The notes below the pieces were generated by a model. That model was not told the origin of the DNA. It ran no database searches and worked only from the letters and a program-made list of their open reading frames with translations. Positions 1-12,843 of a stretch of 64,000 nucleotides of DNA are shown piece by piece (the first letter of the stretch is position 1; each line of letters begins with the position of its first letter). This DNA comes from Eledone cirrhosa. Taxonomy: Eukaryota. The DNA lies in contig OZ024740.1 in the NCBI GenBank assembly GCA_964016885.1, forward strand, positions 151,962,001 to 152,026,000. Reading direction: 5' to 3'. Position numbers and translations under genes: made by a program.

Positions 1-68
1 GCTCAGGCGTTCACAGCCCTCTGGCAGGCGGACTCGGCGATCAGTGGAGACTCCACCTCGTCATTCTA
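1..68 (+). mobile_element. Fragment of the Tx1/L1-clade LINE family seen at 26-32 kb, running off the window edge
   Basis: Translates as ...QAFTALWQADSAISGDSTSSF, matching QALTAFYQVETAISGDSTSTF in ORF 26572..27504; followed by (GATA)n. Confidence 0.75.
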
Positions 69-140
69 AGATAGATAGATAGATAGATGTATACATATAT
101 GAAGGCGCGTGGCTTACTATTTAGGACGTTGGATTCACAA

Positions 141-1200
141 GAAGGTTGTACATTGGTATTTTAGATGAAAAACACAGACTGTAGGGAGGATAAACAATAC
201 TAAAACCTGACATGGAGATCTAACACTTCACAACATCCCACCATGAAGGATATCTCCATGCAATCCAGACACAAGAAATCCCCACTAAGTACCTTCTGCT
301 AAAAGAGGAAGGCCATCAGTTGACAATAAATATATTCTGGGCAAAACAAAGATTAAAGATGTAACCACATTATTGTCAACTGTGAAGGGAAGGGCGGTGA
401 ATTGGCAGTATCGGTAGAGCGTCAGACACCATGTTTTACAGCATAGAGTTATGGCTCTTTGCGTTCTGAGTTCAAATCCCTCCGAGGTTAACTTTGCCGT
501 TCATCCTTACGGGGTCGATAAAATAAAGTACCAGTAACGCTCTGGGATAATTGCTGGCCTTGTGCCAAAAGTAGAAACAATTATTGTCAACTGTGAAAAA
601 ATGTCTTCTTCTCACTACCTCCCTATGAGACATGATGTGGTACCTAGAACGTTCTGCAATGCATTACGGAAAACGAAAGTAAAATCAAATATGGAGGAAT
701 AAGTTGAGACTCAAAGATGGCTCAACGTAATATTGGTTGAAACTGAAAATAAAAACTGCCATAATTTAAAGTACAACCGGCCTGATACTGTTGTTTGGGA
801 CCACACATTAACACATATTCTGTTGTACATATCAGCTCTCACTTGATGTTAATGTGGTAAGAAAAACACAATGGAAGGAGAATATCTACGGACAATTGAT
901 GAGGTCTTTGCAGATCCAGTATCCAAAATAGACGTTCAGCTTCATGTCCACCATTATAATTAGAGTTATATACCAGCCCACATGAACCAAAGTATCAACT
1001 TGGAAGTATGCTGAAAGAACGTCGCTCCTTAATACAAAAGCTACAAATAGCTGCGATATCTGAAACCTTCGAAATTTGTAAAATATTGTTACGATTCAAA
1101 AGATAAACGCTAACACATAAGACGAATTCCCTTTCCTTAAAGCCTTGCCACCGGGAAGGTGGCCGGTCAGAGATAAACTCAAAATTAAGAGAAAGAAAGT
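141..1200 (+). mobile_element. Degraded 3' part of an R4/Dong-like RLE non-LTR retrotransposon, interrupted by a SINE
   Basis: Frameshifted motifs QEIPTKY (~270), RHDVV of the CCHC knuckle (~628), KYNRPDTVVWD PD-(D/E)xK nuclease (~770), D-x-N-V...ENIYGQL (~845-900); ends in (TACA)n. Confidence 0.65.
387..579 (+). mobile_element. tRNA-derived SINE with Meta-like central domain and 18-bp TSD
   Basis: A/B-box-like head (GGCGGTGAATTGGCAG...GAGTTCAAATCCC), TTCATCCTTACGGGGTCGATAAAATAAAGTACCAG core; ATTATTGTCAACTGTGAA repeated at 369-386 and 580-597. Confidence 0.85.
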
Positions 1201-1231
1201 ACATACATACCAAAATACATACATACATAAA

Positions 1232-1671
1232 TGGTGGCTGCCAACTCGTTTTCGAGTACGGCCACTACTTTATATCCATGTAGGAGAACCCCTACCGATG
1301 CGCTGAATGAGTGTGGCTTTTTAGTCCAGCCAGCGACTTGAAAACTCTGGTACAAACACTACACTTGTGACAATTATTGACACATAGTGCTGGGCCATGT
1401 GACGACAAGTGCAGAGAGATCTCCAGATATAAAGCAATGCCTGTGCCATGAAGCTTTTATAGTGAGCAAAGGCACTGCACAAAGCCAGTCCCACTCTCTT
1501 AACCAAGATGATAGTTACCAAAAAGAAGAACAAGTCAACATCATTGGATACCATCAGGGTTGCAGGTGTTATATCAGAGTTTTCCTTCTCCTAGAATTCT
1601 GCCTTGACAAAGGCTAAGGGGTCATCTCTCCCGGTCATTTTGGATGGCCATTGACTCTCAAGAGCTCCTTT
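1232..1671 (-). mobile_element. Non-autonomous RTE-derived element, 3' three quarters, inverted
   Basis: Near-identical reverse complement of 2645-3094. Confidence 0.85.
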
Positions 1672-2028
1672 ACCACTAGGTGCTACTGGTAACATGTATC
1701 CCAGTACAACCTGTCTCATGGTCGGGTCGTTGGCGACTAAACTGGCAACCCCACTAAGGTTTCTTGGTGAGGAGGGTGACTTTGGACATCCTGCAGGACT
1801 AAAAACAAAACCTGTCAAAGGGCAAAGGAGATCTCTCTGCACTTGTCGTCACATGGTACCAAAGTCAAAGCACTATGTGTCAATAATTGTCACAAGTGTA
1901 GTGTTTGTACCAGAGTTTTCAAGTCGCTGGCTGGACTAAAAAGTCACACTCGTTCAGCGCATCGGTAGGGGTTCTCCTACATGGATATAAAGTAGTGGCC
2001 GTACTCGAAAACGAGTTGGCAGCCACCA
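1672..2028 (+). mobile_element. Non-autonomous RTE-derived element with internal deletion
   Basis: Matches 2494-2652, then jumps at GGAG (1827-1830) to the segment starting ~2897; followed by a (TATG/TA)n tail. Confidence 0.85.
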
Positions 2029-2487
2029 TATGTATATGTATATATATATGTATATGTATATATATGTATATGTATATATATGTATATGTATATGTATGTA
2101 TATGTATATATGTATGTATATGTATATATATGTATATGTGTATATATATATATATATATGTATGTATATGTATATATATGTATATGTGTATATATATATA
2201 TGTATGTATATATGTATATATATATGTATATATATATATGTATGTATATATGTATATATATATGTATGTATATGTGTATATATATATGTATGTATATATG
2301 TATATATATATGTATGTATATATGTATATATATATGTATGTATATATGTATGTATATATGTATGTATAGATGTATATATATATATGTATATATATATGTA
2401 TGTATGTATATATGTATGTATGTGTGTATGTATGTATATATGTATGTATGTATATATATATGTATGTATATATGTATATATATATGT
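2029..2487. repeat. (TATG)n/(TA)n microsatellite
   Basis: Direct inspection. Confidence 0.98.
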
Positions 2488-3094
2488 CAGGTCACCAGTT
2501 GGTGCTACTGGTAACATGTATCCCAGTACAACCTGTTTCATGGTCGGGTCGTTGGCGACTAAACTGGCAACCCCACTAAGGTTTCTTGGTGAGGAGGGTG
2601 ACTTTGGACATCCTGCAGGACTAAAAACAAAACCTGTCAAAGGGCAAAGGAGCTCTTAAGAGTCAATGGCCATCCAAAATCACCGGGAGAGATGACCCCT
2701 TAGCCTTTGTCAAGGCAGAATTCTAGGAGAAGGAAAACTCTGATATAACACCTGCAACCCTGATGGTATCCAATGATGTTGACTTGTTCTTCTTTTTGGT
2801 AAATATCATCTTGGTTAAGAGAGTGGGACTGGCTTTGTGCAGTGCCTTTGCTCACTATAAAAGCTTCATGGCACAGGCATTGCTTTATATCTGGAGATCT
2901 CTCTGCACTTGTCGTCACATGGTACCATGGGCCCAGCACTATGTGTCAATAATTGTCACAAGTGTAGTGTTTGTACCAGAGTTTTCAAGTCGCTGGCTGG
3001 ACTCAAAAGTCACACTCGTTCAGCGTATCGGTAGGGGTTCTCCTACATGGATATAAAGTAGTGGCCGTACTCGAAAACGAGTTGGCAGCCACCA
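2488..3094 (+). mobile_element. Apparently full-length (~0.6 kb) bipartite non-autonomous RTE-derived retroposon
   Basis: RTE 5'UTR-like TAGCCTT...AAGGCA...CTAGGAGAAGGAAAACTC; 3' part encodes the RTE C-terminal Zn-finger relic [19 protein letters not shown]; 3' hairpin CTCGAAAACGAG then (TACA)n tail. Confidence 0.75.
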
Positions 3095-4329
3095 TATATG
3101 TACATACATAAATACATGCATACATACATACATACATACATACATACATACATACATACATACATACATACATACATAAATGCATATATACACACATACA
3201 TACATACATACATAAAGGCATAAATACACACACACATACATACATATATACAAACATATATACATACATACACACAGACATACATACACTTCTCAGTAAT
3301 GTCAGATTTCTGCATTAACGATTCTGAAAATAGCTACAATTTAGTTTATTATCAACGTCCTACATTCAATTATCATTAGTATTTTACTTTGCAATTACCA
3401 TGGCAACTAAAGGGGACTAGTCCATTTCCACTGCCCCAAAGCCAACTCCCATAATCGACCTCTCGTTCACACGTTTTCTCAGCTTATCGTTCAAATTATT
3501 TCACTTCTTAAATGATAACGTTGACAATTGTAATATTTTCGCTGATATACAGTTTTCAAGTAAACATAGTATAAATAATGTTTGATAAGGCAAAGAATTA
3601 GCAAAATCGTTAGAACATCGGCGGAAATTTGTTTAAATCATCTGCGCTCTTAATAAAAATCGCACTGGGTTCAACTTTGCCTTACATTCTTTCAGATTCG
3701 ATAAATAAATCCAGCCTGTATTTGATTTTTTTTCTTTTTGTCTTTAGATTCTACCTGTATTTGTTTGTCACATTATGACAAGCTTATGAAGCCTAAGAAT
3801 TGCTTTAAAATTAAATACGCCGCCGGCATGTTAATCTAACGTGTAAAAATGCATTTAGTCAAACCTTTAGGTAATTTCATCGAGATTCAGTGTGATACAT
3901 GGAATGATAATGCAAGTCTTTGAATTGCATGTACAGTCCATCCAACGGAGTTCCGAAGAGGTTCTGTCTACCCACTTTTACCCACAAAGTTTCGGTCGAC
4001 ACTAGGTTGTGACAAATTATACTTGACTAAAATGCTACGTGGTGAGATCAAACCTGGGATCTAATGATTGCGAAGGGAACATCTTAACCGTTTGACCATG
4101 CTGTGTCCACTTCCAACATACAGCAGAATGGGAAATATACTAACTAGGCGCAATCATACCTGTTTGATAAAGGAGTTCTCTTCGCAACCAATATAATCAA
4201 TAGCTTAAATATTCGACAAAAAAGTGACCGATATAATAAATACTAGATTTCAACAAATATGTGCTGCGGTCACCTTTTAACTTCTTTCTTTTGAGCTGGA
4301 AGTGTTATCTCCACTGGCGGATATAGGAT

Positions 4330-5072
4330 CAGTCGGCTGGAATTTGTGAAGGTGATCTCCGACAAGTACTATATATGTTTACTACCGAGTACTGTACGGC
4401 TAAAATGAAAATCATTTTTGCAAAGGTTGAGGCACTCGTTCTCTCAAGGAAACGTGCGCAATGCTCTTTACAGTAGAATTCAAGTATTTCAGGACCATGT
4501 TCCCATGTGATGGCAGGTGACTGAATTACGTGCAAGAGTTGATGGAGCCGATGCAGTAATGCACCAGCTTCAGCATTCGGTCATCAGAAGAAGGGAGGTA
4601 GGCGTAAAAGCCAAACTCGCAATCTTCAATTTGGTATTCGGGCCAATGTATGGTCATGAATCTTGAATAATGACCGAAAGAATACGATTGCAAATACAAG
4701 TGGCTAAAATAAGTTTCTTCTTAAGGTTTTTTGGAGTAACATTACTCGATAGAGTGTGTAGCTCGGAGATCAGAGAGTCGTTCCGCTATTTCCCAGAGAT
4801 ATCACATCCCCGATACTATGGGCATGTGTTAGAATGTCTCAGGAAAGAATCGCTGGACAGATTTTTACAGGGAAAAAACAACCGACAGGTGACCCAGTTG
4901 TAGACCCTGAGCAAGATGGTTCGATAACATTCATAAGCTTGGTTGGTCTCGGTTGGGAATCCAGCCGGATTACTTGGAGACAGCTGCTCTGACAAGATCC
5001 GAAGGTAGGAGTACTTGAGGACTCTCCCCTCTTGACCTACCCATGAATAAGTGGGCGAAGAAGAAGAAGAAG

Positions 5073-5101
<29 letters not shown>
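4330..5101 (+). mobile_element. Degraded 3' end of an RTE-clade (Expander/Rex3-like) LINE with (GAA)n tail
   Basis: ORF 4670..4903 MTERIRLQIQVAKISFFLRFFGVTLLDRVCSSEIRES resembles the Expander post-RT region; (GAA)n at ~5058-5101. Confidence 0.75.
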
Positions 5102-5128
<27 letters not shown>

Positions 5129-7028
5129 CACTTGTGATCAACCAAATAAAGGCGATGCCCAGCATGAGTCACAAAAAAACCAAAAGAGCTAAAACAACGA
5201 GTTTTTTTTTTACATTTAAAACCTGGTACGGCGCTTCTCTCCACAGGTCCCAACTCAACCGATTCCTTCCAGAGAAAGACATAGTTAAAGAGAAAAAGGA
5301 AGCGAGAAGGAGATGCAGAGGGATATCGACTCCAGTACACCTCAGCAGAATTTGAACGCACAGCGTAGATACCCTGAATGAATACCACGAAGCATTATAT
5401 CTGACGTTTTAACAAATCTGCTGATTCACCACCTTAAAGTAAAAGGAATGAAGGAATCAATGAATAACTTGTGGCAACTATTTACAGGTCTCAGCCAAGC
5501 TATAAAATTTTGCGAAGTGTTTTGGCTAGAATTAATTTGCATTAGGAAAACATAAATATTGAAATAATTAGTGAGCTAATGGGATGCAAGAGTTTAGGTA
5601 ATTAAATTATAGGGTGGTGTACAGAATGACGTTCGCAAAAATTCTCGATTAATTGAAATTTCACTTTTGCTTGGAAAAAGTGAACAAATGGAAGGGTAAA
5701 TCTTAGCAGCTTTCAAAGAAAAGGGGAGATTATTTCATAGATCTAAAATTTCCGTATTTTCACTTTATTTCAATTGCATGCGTCCAATTATCTTTTAATG
5801 ATTTTAAATTTTGAATTTCTCAACCTTATTCTCTTTGAAAAGAATTTGTACCTTAACGACATTTTTTCTTTCCCGTGAATTGCCTTTTTTCAAATTATTA
5901 AAGCAGGTTTTGGGCTCTCAACATTACGTTAGCCCGTACTTATTTATAAAATCTACAGATCTGCGTGTATGTGTATGTATGAGGTATATAGATGATTGGA
6001 CGTTCGTAATGCGGATAGATGTGTATGTATTTATACGTCTACTATATATAAATAGACGCAGTATTGGTGAACAGTCTGACGTTCTTTTCGCAGTCACAGG
6101 GTACCGGGTTCAAATAAACAGCGTAGTATATTAGGTAAGTGCATTTTACCATAGTTTCGAAACAATTGAAACTTTGTGAGTGAAATTCGATAGATGGAAA
6201 CTATGAGGAAGCCCATCAGATATACTATATCTATAATTCATTGTTGTTACACAGTGTCACAATGATTCTGCTTGAGGGTTACGTTAATGGTTCATTAACG
6301 TAACTACGTAGATAGTTCTGTTGATCGAGTAACTGAAATACGCTCCATTGAAACAGACGGAGAGCCATTTACTATTAATAAATATTAAATTGTCACTATG
6401 ATATAATTGATAATAAATCGGATATATAACCCTTGAAATAGAAAAAAAGGATAATGAATTGTGAGACACAAAACTCACGTATATGAACATCCTCTTTTTC
6501 CATCTCAAGACGATATATTCTTAATTCATTCTCAACTATTTTATTGTGTTAATTTTTGTGTTATGGTACTTAGTGTAATAGCAAAACATACTTTGAAAAA
6601 TATAGCTGTCTACACAACTGTCCTGACCCCTCCCTTCCCTAATCACCCCCATCATTAATTCCTCCACTCTTATGTTTATATATAGGCTTGTACTTGAGCG
6701 CTGATTACGGCAAGTTTAAACTACAGAATTATGTGACCTCTTTCAACCACCATTATACCTTCACCCCAGCGTCACTCTGCCATCTGGTGCTTTACATTTA
6801 CTCATTGACATTATTCTATCTTCATTCCCTGATAACATATCTCGAGATGAATCATTATATATACACGTAGCATGCCGTTATGTGACTATATATACAGAGA
6901 GATAGGTGTGGGGGGGGGGGGGGGGGGGTAAAGTAAGATCCCGACTGCAGCACCAAGAGTTTACACACATGCAACAATTGCATCAGCAGTAGGGAAATTC
7001 TTGCTAAACCAGAGACCATATATATACA

Positions 7029-7345
7029 GGCGCGTGGCTTGGTGGTTATGGTGTTTGGCTCACAGTTGTAAGGCCATGAGTTTAATTTCTGGTGGCACGT
7101 TGTGTCCTTGAGAAAGACACTTCATTTCAAGTTATTGTAGTCTAATTAACTGACAAAAGTTGTATATGTAATTCAAAGGACCAGCCTTCTTTACCACTTA
7201 CTTTGGCAATCTGAATCTCCGTGAGTATTACGTTACGGGTGAACGTGTCAGTGCTACGCTCAGCACACTGCACTTCAATTTTCCGCGCAAGTATTTCCGT
7301 TGTTTGATCAATGAGACACTCGTCTTCGGAATCGATGGAGTTCCA
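7029..7345 (+). mobile_element. tRNA-derived CORE-type SINE
   Basis: GGCGCGTGGCTTGGTGGTT head, TGTGTCCTTGAGAAAGACACTT CORE-like segment; homologous to other copies in the window. Confidence 0.8.
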
Positions 7346-8719
7346 ACACACACATACACACTAACCATATATATATTATTATAGATAAAAGAAAATTGTA
7401 GTAAATATTAAACTGATTTTTATACAGAAAAGCTGGTATTGCTAGTGAATAGGAAATGGGAAGTTTTCATATTCATCCCTTTCCACAAATTATTGTTGAC
7501 ATAATATATCAAGTGAAATCGTTCTAACCGGGAATAGAATAAATGAATTCAACACAGCAGAACTTACCCTCCTAAGAATTGCTTAACATGTTTTTGAGAT
7601 GATCATCGCACACGAAATGTTTCATTAACTTTAACATCTTGTACCACATGAAACCTCATTAGCAAGACATTCTTGCGAAATACAAAACATCGCTACAATT
7701 GAATCACATTGAAAATTTGCACAACGATCTCTCCAATTTGAATTTAAAAATCGTTTTTAGACATTGTCTGCTCAAATCATTACAGGGGAGAACATATCAA
7801 TTCAGTTATGATTGTTTGTGCGTTTAGTCTGATTTATATTACTGCAATACTAGTTTACTGTTCAAATGGAAGGCGTATGTTCACAAACAGAAACCACAGA
7901 AGATTAGCCATTCGACATCAGCCATGTGATATCAATGATGACTTAACAAATTATATCAGCATTGCAAACCAATTTTAAACTTTTACATCAAAACGAACCT
8001 TTCGACCAATGATCGGTGATAGTGCAAAGAGTAAATAAAGTGTAAACAATGATATCGAAAAACTAAACATTTTAATGTTGATGCAAAGAATATACATCAG
8101 CTATACTTGTGTAATGTGTAAATATTTTGCATGGTAGTGAAAAGAGTAAACATACAATATTTACTCTTCACTGTGAAACAGACAAATACAGACAAGACAA
8201 TAGTTCTCGGTTAAACATGTAACGTTATTTCTGTTTATCTAATCGGCTATAAAATATAGGTTGTGGTAGACTGGTGAGGAGTATATTAGTGTGTTGAAAG
8301 CGCAGTTACAATTGTTACAGTGGTGTGTGATGGTGGAGGTGTGACTGTTTGATTTCTTGTAGTGTGCTGGGGAAAGTAGTATGGTGTGGTGGTAGCTGTA
8401 GTAATGTGATGGAGACTGTAATGTAGTTGTGTGGTAAATATTAGAGTGCTGTAATGTTACATGTAGCGACTCGTGCGGTATTGTCTATGGTAGTGTGGTG
8501 GAGACTATAGTGATGTGTTTGTGTCTGTAATGATGGTTGTTAAGTTTACTATAATTTGTTAAGTTTACTATAATTTAGTTTACTATTATAAACTACACTG
8601 CTTAGTTTACTTTATTTGATGGGTTGTTGTATTTTTTTTGTTGTTTTTTTTGTTTTTTGTTTTTTTAATGTAAGATGTTATAACAAATCTCAAAGTAAAT
8701 CTAGTTATCAGCAACTTGA

Positions 8720-9965
8720 AACAACCTCAAGCCAGAGAAGACCACAAACTTGACAGATCCAGTGTGACCTACAGGATAAAGTGGAAAGCGGTGGCAGAGA
8801 AGGACGTCAGGACCAGGTATGCAGATACTATTGCATTCAAATTCAGAGAACTCCCTGATTAAACTGAAGACGTTGAAACCGAGTGGAGACAGTTTTGCGC
8901 GTCAGTTTCTGCTTTAGATGTTAAATACTGCCGACGAAAGTGGCTTGGTGTGGCGCTGGTGGTCATGAAGACCTCTAGGTTAAATCAAGAAGTCAAATAT
9001 GCCATCCGATCAAAGAAGGAAGCCTACAAAGCTTGGCTTGGAAATAAGTCCTCCTTCTTGTACTTGCAGTAGAAGCAGGCGCGAAAGATCGCAGCAGATA
9101 CATTAAAAGCGTCCAAAGTTAAGGCATGGAGGGACTTTAGGCTTAAAATGGGATGCGTCTTCAGATCAGTAAAAACCGTGTTCTGGCAGACTATCCACTG
9201 ACTTCGTAATAAGAAGTCCTCCTCTACGCCTGCTATCAGGGGCGCGTCTTGGGTTCTCCTCTCTTCAGAGAGGTGCATCCTCGTGAGGCGGAGAAAATAT
9301 TTTGCTGATTTCCTAAACCCGATTTCAACAGCATCTTCTGATGTACAGTACCTGAGATGCATCTGGGAGCGATGACTAATCTCTTGGTTTAGATTACAAG
9401 ACCAAGCAAAGAGCTCAAATGAGGTAAGGACACTGGGGAGTATGAAATCCGGCTCGAAATGTTAAAAGCCCATAAAATATTATCTGGCTGACCCGTGGGT
9501 GCTTGGTAGCTGGATCTCTGGAAAGCATAAGGAATGTTATCATCCTTATATTCAAAAAAGGGAGGCAAGAGAGATTTCTACAATTGCAGAGGAATCTCCT
9601 TGATAAGCCTCACCTGTATAGTCTATGATAAGTGCCTGGCAAAAAGATGTCGGTAAATCATTAAATCCAAGCTACCTGATGAAGGTTGTGGTTTTCGCTC
9701 CGGTCGCAGCACAGCCGGCTAAATATTCACACTGAGAAATCGTGGGAGTACTTCCAAGGGGTGTAGATCTCGAAACAAACATACGGCTGCGTTCTACCTG
9801 ACCTAATGTGGAAGGTTCAGCAGGAGAAGGGACCGATGGGTAGCTTCTTGCTGCTCTGGTGACTCTCTACGAATGCTGTATCATTTGGGTCGGATAGATG
9901 AGCTCCGACATGTAGTTGATACGTTTAATACCGAGTGCTGCACGGCAAAAATGAAATTCACTGCA
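8720..9965 (+). mobile_element. Degraded RTE/Expander-like LINE fragment (tether to RT region)
   Basis: Frameshifted motifs NQEVKYAIRSKKEAYKAWL, NCRGISLISL, CGFRSGRSTAG; 9900-9960 is homologous to 4350-4412. Confidence 0.7.
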
Positions 9966-10407
9966 AGCGTATCTGTTAAAGAAATAGAAAGTAGTCATGG
10001 AACTGATGTGTCACCTGCAAGCTATTGAGTTTTATCCACTTGAAAATAATTTCAAATTCAAACACAAACTTCTCAGCCGAATAGATTTGAGACTGAGAAT
10101 ATTAGAAATTGAATATAAGAGATATTGATTGTAAGTGTTTGTAATGTTTCCATAAAACGAAGTCTTAGTAAATACAAAGTTAATTACATATTCGACTACA
10201 GATAAATATTAGGATATATAATAACAATGCAATGGATCATTATTACAGAATACTTGCATACTAAACTACAAACCAGAACACTGTTACAACACACCTGTAT
10301 ATCATAACACACCTGTACACTACTATTTCATGGCATTAATTCACACACATGACATCATAGATTCACACAGGTACGCGCACAATCACACACACACACACAC
10401 ACACACG

Positions 10408-10462
<55 letters not shown>

Positions 10463-10506
10463 ATCAGGAACCAAAGAATTAGTGTTACATCATAAACATA
10501 TTTAAT

Positions 10507-10597
10507 CACATATTACATGTTTCACTGGCGATCAGCTCGAGGAACGATCGATTATGTTCGTTCCTGACTCTGGAATCGAAAGCTCCTCAGATATGTG
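10507..10597 (-). ncRNA. Type I hammerhead ribozyme motif with long (~60 nt) stem II
   Basis: Minus strand: CACATAT-CTGAGGA-gct...agt-GAAAC-AT-GTA-ATATGTG; perfect 7-bp stem I, palindromic ACATGT stem III; ~45-nt tail then (TA)n. Confidence 0.75.
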
Positions 10598-10666
10598 CTT
10601 TCACACGTAGATATACATCTACACACACACATACACACATATATATATATTTATATATATATATAT

Positions 10667-10786
<120 letters not shown>

Positions 10787-11429
10787 AAAATTAAACGGAA
10801 AGCAAACAGCAGAGTAGAATGAAAAAAATCTATTAGTTTAACATTTGGTGTAGTAAAAAAAAGTTTTTATATTTCGGACACTCGTCCTTCATTTGGAGAT
10901 AGAATGAGAAATATAAGATTAAATAGAAATATAAAGAATGAGGAAATTACAATAGTTCATAGATTAGAAAATAAAAAAAATAGGAGAATATGTGAGTATG
11001 TGTGTTGTATTTAATTTTATGTGTGTATCAGCGTATATATTGGTGGAATGGTGTCTAAATGTTTCTGATTGAATTAACATCGTATACATGTGTGGTTTTG
11101 TCTGTGTGTGTATTAAATACACAGGAAATTATTAGTGAAAAATATGTATCTCTTCATTATGTATCAGTTCATTAACAAAAACGAAACTGAATTTCATAGC
11201 GAAATAGCTGAAGTTGAAATTAACAAAAATTCAATTAAATTTTCATAGCTACTACACTATACAATGCCAAGTGAGAAATGCGTGTGAACGTTTGCTGATG
11301 TTTGTGTGTGTGTGTTTGTGTGTGTGTGCGCGCGCGCATGTTTCTACGTGTTGACGTTTTTTTTTCGGCATGTATAATGTATCAAAGTATTTGTAAGTAT
11401 TTCCGAGTAGTGCAGCAATGTTTTATCCG

Positions 11430-12045
11430 TATCGATGGGCGCATGGATGAGGGAGGCTACTAGATGTGGTACGGAGAACAGATTAAAGGAAAGGAGGCAG
11501 GGCATTTAGGCCATTATGGGTAGATATATTTAGAAAAAGAAAAAGCTGCTGATCTCGCTGGCGGTGCATGTCTGGGGGTCCGGTGCAGGAAGCGAGCCCG
11601 AACACAGTAAGTTAACATGTAGAATGACCGGCAGTGCGGAAATGATGAGCCACCGAGAACGGGTTGCACACCCGTCGACCACACATCAGCCCTTATACCA
11701 CGCCACCGCTCCTCCACCAGAAGACTTGCCCCTCCAGAAGACAATCTTCTACCACTTCCGCCACCCCTAATTGGATCCCTTCACCTCTCCAATTTTACCC
11801 TCCCACCCTCCTCTCTTTTAAACGCACACGCAATACCAGAAACCTCCCTGTCCGCAGTTCTCTCCCTCCTTTCCGCCCTCTCCTGGATCACATCCCTGTT
11901 CCCGTCTTATGCAGCTTCATCACCCACATCAGACCTAATGGACGTATTTTCATGTTAGTGACCCTTTCAACTGCACACCCACAAGCCTCGTCTATGAGGT
12001 TTGGTGCACGCTACGCGTCGCTATATATTTAGGTCAGACTGGCTT
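11430..12045. mobile_element. Rearranged Penelope-like (Neptune-type) element fragment
   Basis: Plus strand 11650-12045: FKRTRNTRNLPVRSS linker and FNCTPTSLVYEVWC...IYLGQTG (GIY-YIG N-part). Minus strand 11430-11645: HFRTAGHS...GLN GIY-YIG C-part, inverted. Confidence 0.65.
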
Positions 12046-12843
12046 AAAATAGGATAACGAGAGAGCTTCTATATGGTCCTTCAAGATGCTAGAAATAGCA
12101 ACCAAATAACCTTCATATCACAACTCTCAATATCTTAAAATGAGAAGGACAAACTGCATAATGTCTGAAAATATAAAAGACGGGTTGGTTACTGCTGAAA
12201 TACATTGGTCATAGATCTACTTTTTATTGGATCTGACTTGCTGCTAAATACCAACTACTGCTATCATTTGTCACTTCCTTGTGATGCTTGCTCATACCTA
12301 AATAAACAAGAAGGGCTTTCGCGCAGCAGCTTTTCAGTGACAAAATGCAAACTACTGATCTTTCTGCTAATACCTGGTATACATTTTCTACAAGGCCATG
12401 GACCCTACTCTACTAAGAATCCTACCCCTCTAAAATCTCTAAATCTGGTCCAGTGTTGGCGCCGATGTTTTCATAACATTTTCTTTTTTCAAAAATAAAA
12501 GTAGAATAATATAACAACCAATTAATGTTTGAATAATAAACTTAATTAGATTTTAATGAGCTGAATTCATTATAACATTTAATTGATCTAATTTGCAGAT
12601 TTTACAAGGAAGTGAAAAGATTTTGTTGTCAATTTTTTTTTCTATATTTAAATATTTTTTGTTGATGTTGTTTGTTATTTGTGATTTCTACAGAAATCAA
12701 AATCGAATTTGGGGAGGAAAATATTTATTAGATTGCTGCAGGCACAAACAGATTCTATGTAAATATATTTCAGTTGTCTGAATTTACTTGTTTTCCTCGA
12801 CAAACAACGAAGAGGCCTTGGCTCTATGTGGTCACTCAACTTA

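Noticed and set aside
1321-3056. Repeated 77-97 aa ORFs (MVSNDVDLFFFLV..., MLGHVTTSAER...), also at 39552-39839
   Set aside because: Incidental frames inside the multicopy RTE-derived element; only the Zn-finger relic is protein-like
7029-7100. tRNA gene calls at SINE heads
   Set aside because: A/B-box remnants without a full cloverleaf, continuing into SINE bodies
8260-8560. GTGGT/GTAGT-rich tracts (also ~10190-10350 inverted, 14380-14480, 44630-45180)
   Set aside because: Degenerate pentanucleotide low-complexity sequence with no structure that can be supported
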